From positions 259 through 64,258 of IMG/VR virus record IMGVR_UViG_3300012007_000677: 64,000 nucleotides of DNA. The stretch is one strand, 5' to 3'. The stretch's first letter is position 1. Every line of letters begins with the position of its first letter. A program made the position numbers and the translations under genes. Shown in pieces: positions 61,455 to 64,000 of this stretch. The DNA is from a virus. Lineage: Duplodnaviria; Caudoviricetes. A model generated the notes under the pieces. It had not been told where the DNA came from. It did no database searches and saw only the letters and a program-made list of their open reading frames with translations.

Positions 61455-62444
61455 ATGCTGAAAATCGGACTTATAGACGCAGACCTTATGTGGCAAAAGA
61501 GGGCCAACGGGCGACGATACGGCAAGCAGAAGGCCGACGTGTTCCCCAACCTCGCCATCATGAAGCTCTCGGCATGGCACAAGCAGCAGGGTGACAGCGT
61601 TGAGTGGTACAACGGCGTGGAGCACTACGACCGAGTGTATATCTCCAAGGTGTTCAGCACCACGCCAGAACTGCCCGACATCATCAATGCCGACGAGGTG
61701 GTGCGCGGTGGCTCAGGCTACGCCATCCACCTGGTGGACGGGCGCGAGGTGTGGGGCGGCGAAGACAAGCCTATGCCCTACAACGTGGAGCACATCATGC
61801 CCGACTACGAACTCTACCCGATGGTGAAGGACACGGCCTTCGGCTTCCTCTCTCGCGGCTGTCCGCGTGGCTGCTCTTTCTGCCACGTTGCCGCGAAGGA
61901 GGGGCGCCGCTCCTACAAGGTGGCCGACCTCTCGGAGTGGTGGAGCGGACAGCGCAACATCTGCCTCTGCGACCCGAACATCCTCGCCTGCCGCGAGTGG
62001 CGAGATCTGTTGCAACAGTTGGCAGACTCCAAGGCGCGAGTTGACATCAATCAGGGCATGGACGCACGGCTGCTGACGGAGGAAAAGGTGGAGATGCTGA
62101 ATCAGATAAACCTCTCGACCATTCACTTCGCATGGGATAACTACCGACAAAAGGAAGCTGTGCTCAAAGGACTACAATGCTTTGCCGACCACTTCCACCG
62201 CTCACTCGACAAAGGACATTGGGCACAGGTGTTCGTGCTGACCAACTTCGACACCACGCCGGAGCAAGACCTTGAACGCATCTACACCCTGCGCGATATG
62301 GGCTTTGAGCCTTACGTCATGGTGTACGACAAGCAACACGCGGCACCCTTCTATAAGTCGCTCCAGCGTTGGGTGAATATGCGGGCTATATTCCATCGCG
62401 TGAAAACCTTTGAAGAATATGACAGAAAAGCGGCAAAAGAATAA
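61455..62444 (+). CDS. Radical SAM protein with N-terminal B12-binding-like domain
   Basis: IGLIDAD...FPNLAIMKLS...GGSG; SRGCPRGCSFC; DINQGMDARL. Confidence 0.85.
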   Translation: MLKIGLIDADLMWQKRANGRRYGKQKADVFPNLAIMKLSAWHKQQGDSVEWYNGVEHYDRVYISKVFSTTPELPDIINADEVVRGGSGYAIHLVDGREVWGGEDKPMPYNVEHIMPDYELYPMVKDTAFGFLSRGCPRGCSFCHVAAKEGRRSYKVADLSEWWSGQRNICLCDPNILACREWRDLLQQLADSKARVDINQGMDARLLTEEKVEMLNQINLSTIHFAWDNYRQKEAVLKGLQCFADHFHRSLDKGHWAQVFVLTNFDTTPEQDLERIYTLRDMGFEPYVMVYDKQHAAPFYKSLQRWVNMRAIFHRVKTFEEYDRKAAKE

Positions 62445-62518
62445 TCATTATCCATTAACAATAAGCCAAAGAATCAAGTTCAAATACCCAATATTATTAA
62501 CCCTTAAAATTCAAACTT

Positions 62519-62911
62519 ATGGCAGACATTAAAGATGTTACAACAGCCCTTGCTGACCTCACCGTGAAATTTTCGCAGGTTAACACGACAATTAAAGATG
62601 CTTTTGGCATCAGTGTCGAAGAATTGCTTTCGGGCAACAAATACGGCATGACATTTGGTGGTGCTATCGCTGCGCTGAAGCTGGGCATTAAAGTCGCGCG
62701 TGTCGGTTGGAACGGCAAAGGCATGTGGCTCTATCTCGTTACAGAGGGCAAATATCCCATGAAAATGAATGCCGCCAGAGCAATCGCCGACGAGAAAGGG
62801 GATGTTTGCTACGGGGCGTATATCGCGCTGAAAGCCGCCGACGGAAACGTTTACCCCTGGAATGCGTCGCAAGCCGACATGCTCAGCAACGACTGGATGA
62901 TTGTCGAATGA
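62519..62911 (+). CDS. tad2: DUF2829 / Tad2-like anti-defence (signal-sponge) protein
   Basis: MTFGGAIAALKLGIKVARVGWNGKGMWL ... PWNASQADMLSNDW. Confidence 0.8.
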   Translation: MADIKDVTTALADLTVKFSQVNTTIKDAFGISVEELLSGNKYGMTFGGAIAALKLGIKVARVGWNGKGMWLYLVTEGKYPMKMNAARAIADEKGDVCYGAYIALKAADGNVYPWNASQADMLSNDWMIVE

Positions 62912-62967
62912 TGACCGACCACACTCATTGGCATTAGTATTATACTAACTATTAAAAATCAAAAAAA

Positions 62968-63333
62968 ATGACATCAATCATCATCTGCGCGGTTGCTACC
63001 GCAATTCTTATCGCCGCAATTTTCTATCACATCGGCAAGGCCAGCGTAAAACAACCCGACATCGCACCAAGGGAGCTGTCTATCGACACTACACTTCTCG
63101 ACAAGTGGGAGAATGAGAGACGCGCCACCAAAACGTCCACCCGCTACGTCCGCATGGACAAAGACGACGTGGAGCGCACCAACAGCGACATCAAGATGCT
63201 GGAGATAGACGACTACGCCGTCACCGACTACGACACCGAGGACGGCATTATCACGATGGAGAAGAAAATTATCCAACCCAAGACAACAGAGAGCGACACA
63301 ACCGTCGAGGAAACCATGAGCCATGAAGCCTGA
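62968..63333 (+). CDS. Membrane-anchored hypothetical protein
   Basis: N-terminal TM segment; 121 aa. Confidence 0.6.
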   Translation: MTSIIICAVATAILIAAIFYHIGKASVKQPDIAPRELSIDTTLLDKWENERRATKTSTRYVRMDKDDVERTNSDIKMLEIDDYAVTDYDTEDGIITMEKKIIQPKTTESDTTVEETMSHEA

Positions 63334-63535
63334 ATCCGGACCAGACCGCACCTACTGTAGAGGGCATTGCAAAGGTTTCCGAGAGACTGGGGGCCTTTGC
63401 TTTGCAGACGGTGCTTGCGAGAAATACACACAATATATGAGAGAGCAAAAAGTTGGTGCCAAGTCCGGCCCCTCGGACGCCGACGTGGTGGAGGCGGTCT
63501 TCAAGGCCGAGAGTCTTCCGGAAGGGCACTGTTAG
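63323..63535 (+). CDS. Small Cys-containing hypothetical protein
   Basis: YCRGHC...LC...AC; overlaps the upstream gene. Confidence 0.45.
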   Translation: MKPESGPDRTYCRGHCKGFRETGGLCFADGACEKYTQYMREQKVGAKSGPSDADVVEAVFKAESLPEGHC

Positions 63536-63702
63536 GCGATCAATTAAGCCTGCTGCAACGCGCACCAAAAAACGGCCAAAAACCGCTGTTTTTGCGAGTT
63601 TGACGAAAAACGAGATATCTAAATTTCTGTGCAAATCGCGTGCAAATTTGCAACACACATTTTGCATAATGCTCGTTTACAGCGTATTGCAATAAAAATC
63701 CG

Positions 63703-63749
63703 TTGGCTTCCCAAGCCGAGGGTCGCGGGTTCGAGTCCCGTCTATCGCT
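63703..63749 (+). tRNA. 3' half of tRNA-Gly(CCC), duplicated att core; not an intact tRNA
   Basis: Anticodon arm TTGGC-TTCCCAA-GCCGA, T arm GCGGG-TTCGAGT-CCCGT, acceptor 3' strand CTATCGC+T; no matching 5' strand or D arm upstream. Confidence 0.85.
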
Positions 63750-63770
63750 CTCCCTAATAATCAAATGTTT

Positions 63771-63800
63771 AAGAGGCTTTTCGATGGCCTCTTTTTTTAT
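63771..63800 (+). terminator. Rho-independent terminator of the host tRNA locus
   Basis: AAGAGGC...GCCTCTT followed by a T tract. Confidence 0.85.
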
Positions 63801-64000
63801 GTCTCACACTGAAATCACTGAAATCACAGATTTTTTTGAACACGAATCACACTAATCTCACGAATGCCTTGGTTGCTGATATTTAAAGAAAAACCAAGAA
63901 AACCCTACTCATGAGCCAGATACTCTTTGCAGAGTATTTAATGCTGTCAGCAATAAGCCTGCTTGAAAACAAGTTCGTGCAATGCACAGACATTGCTCCC

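Larger units (their letters stand above)
1..63749. mobile_element. Integrated temperate prophage (podovirus-like, Bacteroidota host); left end lies outside the window
   Basis: Integrase at the left; portal, capsid, TerL, lysis, repressor and replication genes inside; tRNA-Gly 3' half plus terminator at the right end. Confidence 0.93.

Noticed and set aside
63677-63749. Intact tRNA-Gly gene
   Set aside because: Upstream sequence cannot form the acceptor 5' strand or D arm; only the 3' half is present.
1-63749. Stop-codon recoding (alternative genetic code)
   Set aside because: Standard code gives long, densely packed ORFs including a 17.5-kb one.
63806-63830. CACTGAAAT short repeat beyond the terminator
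   Set aside because: Only 2-3 short units in host flank; no function supportable.

Overview
Almost the whole window (1 to ~63,750) is one integrated temperate phage of a Bacteroidota host, probably Prevotella-like judging by TAnnTTTG promoters and A-rich, SD-less starts. It runs from a 5'-truncated tyrosine integrase to a duplicated 3' half of tRNA-Gly(CCC), the att site, followed by a terminator. Modules: adaptor-like genes and portal; a GH108 endolysin; a 5,847-aa polyvalent protein (likely virion-delivered); a podovirus-like tail/ejection operon with no tape measure or sheath; a leftward early/replication operon with two radical SAM enzymes; an XRE repressor; a toxin-antitoxin-SecB chaperone (TAC) triad; a holin / PI-PLC-like / u-spanin cassette; a fibre with a DGR-type lectin tip but no RT or template repeat; scaffold and major capsid protein; and a rhomboid protease, TerL, third radical SAM and Tad2-like gene. 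The most striking observations are: (i) the capsid protein has an N-terminal membrane segment and the only protease in the head/packaging module is an intramembrane rhomboid; (ii) a palindrome (CAATGTGGCCACATTG) sits exactly 25 nt upstream of the -7 box of four structural-operon promoters; (iii) an RlmN-like enzyme lacks the resolving cysteine; (iv) FSK/YSK linkers separate the giant protein's modules. All family assignments are by motif recognition; no searches were run.
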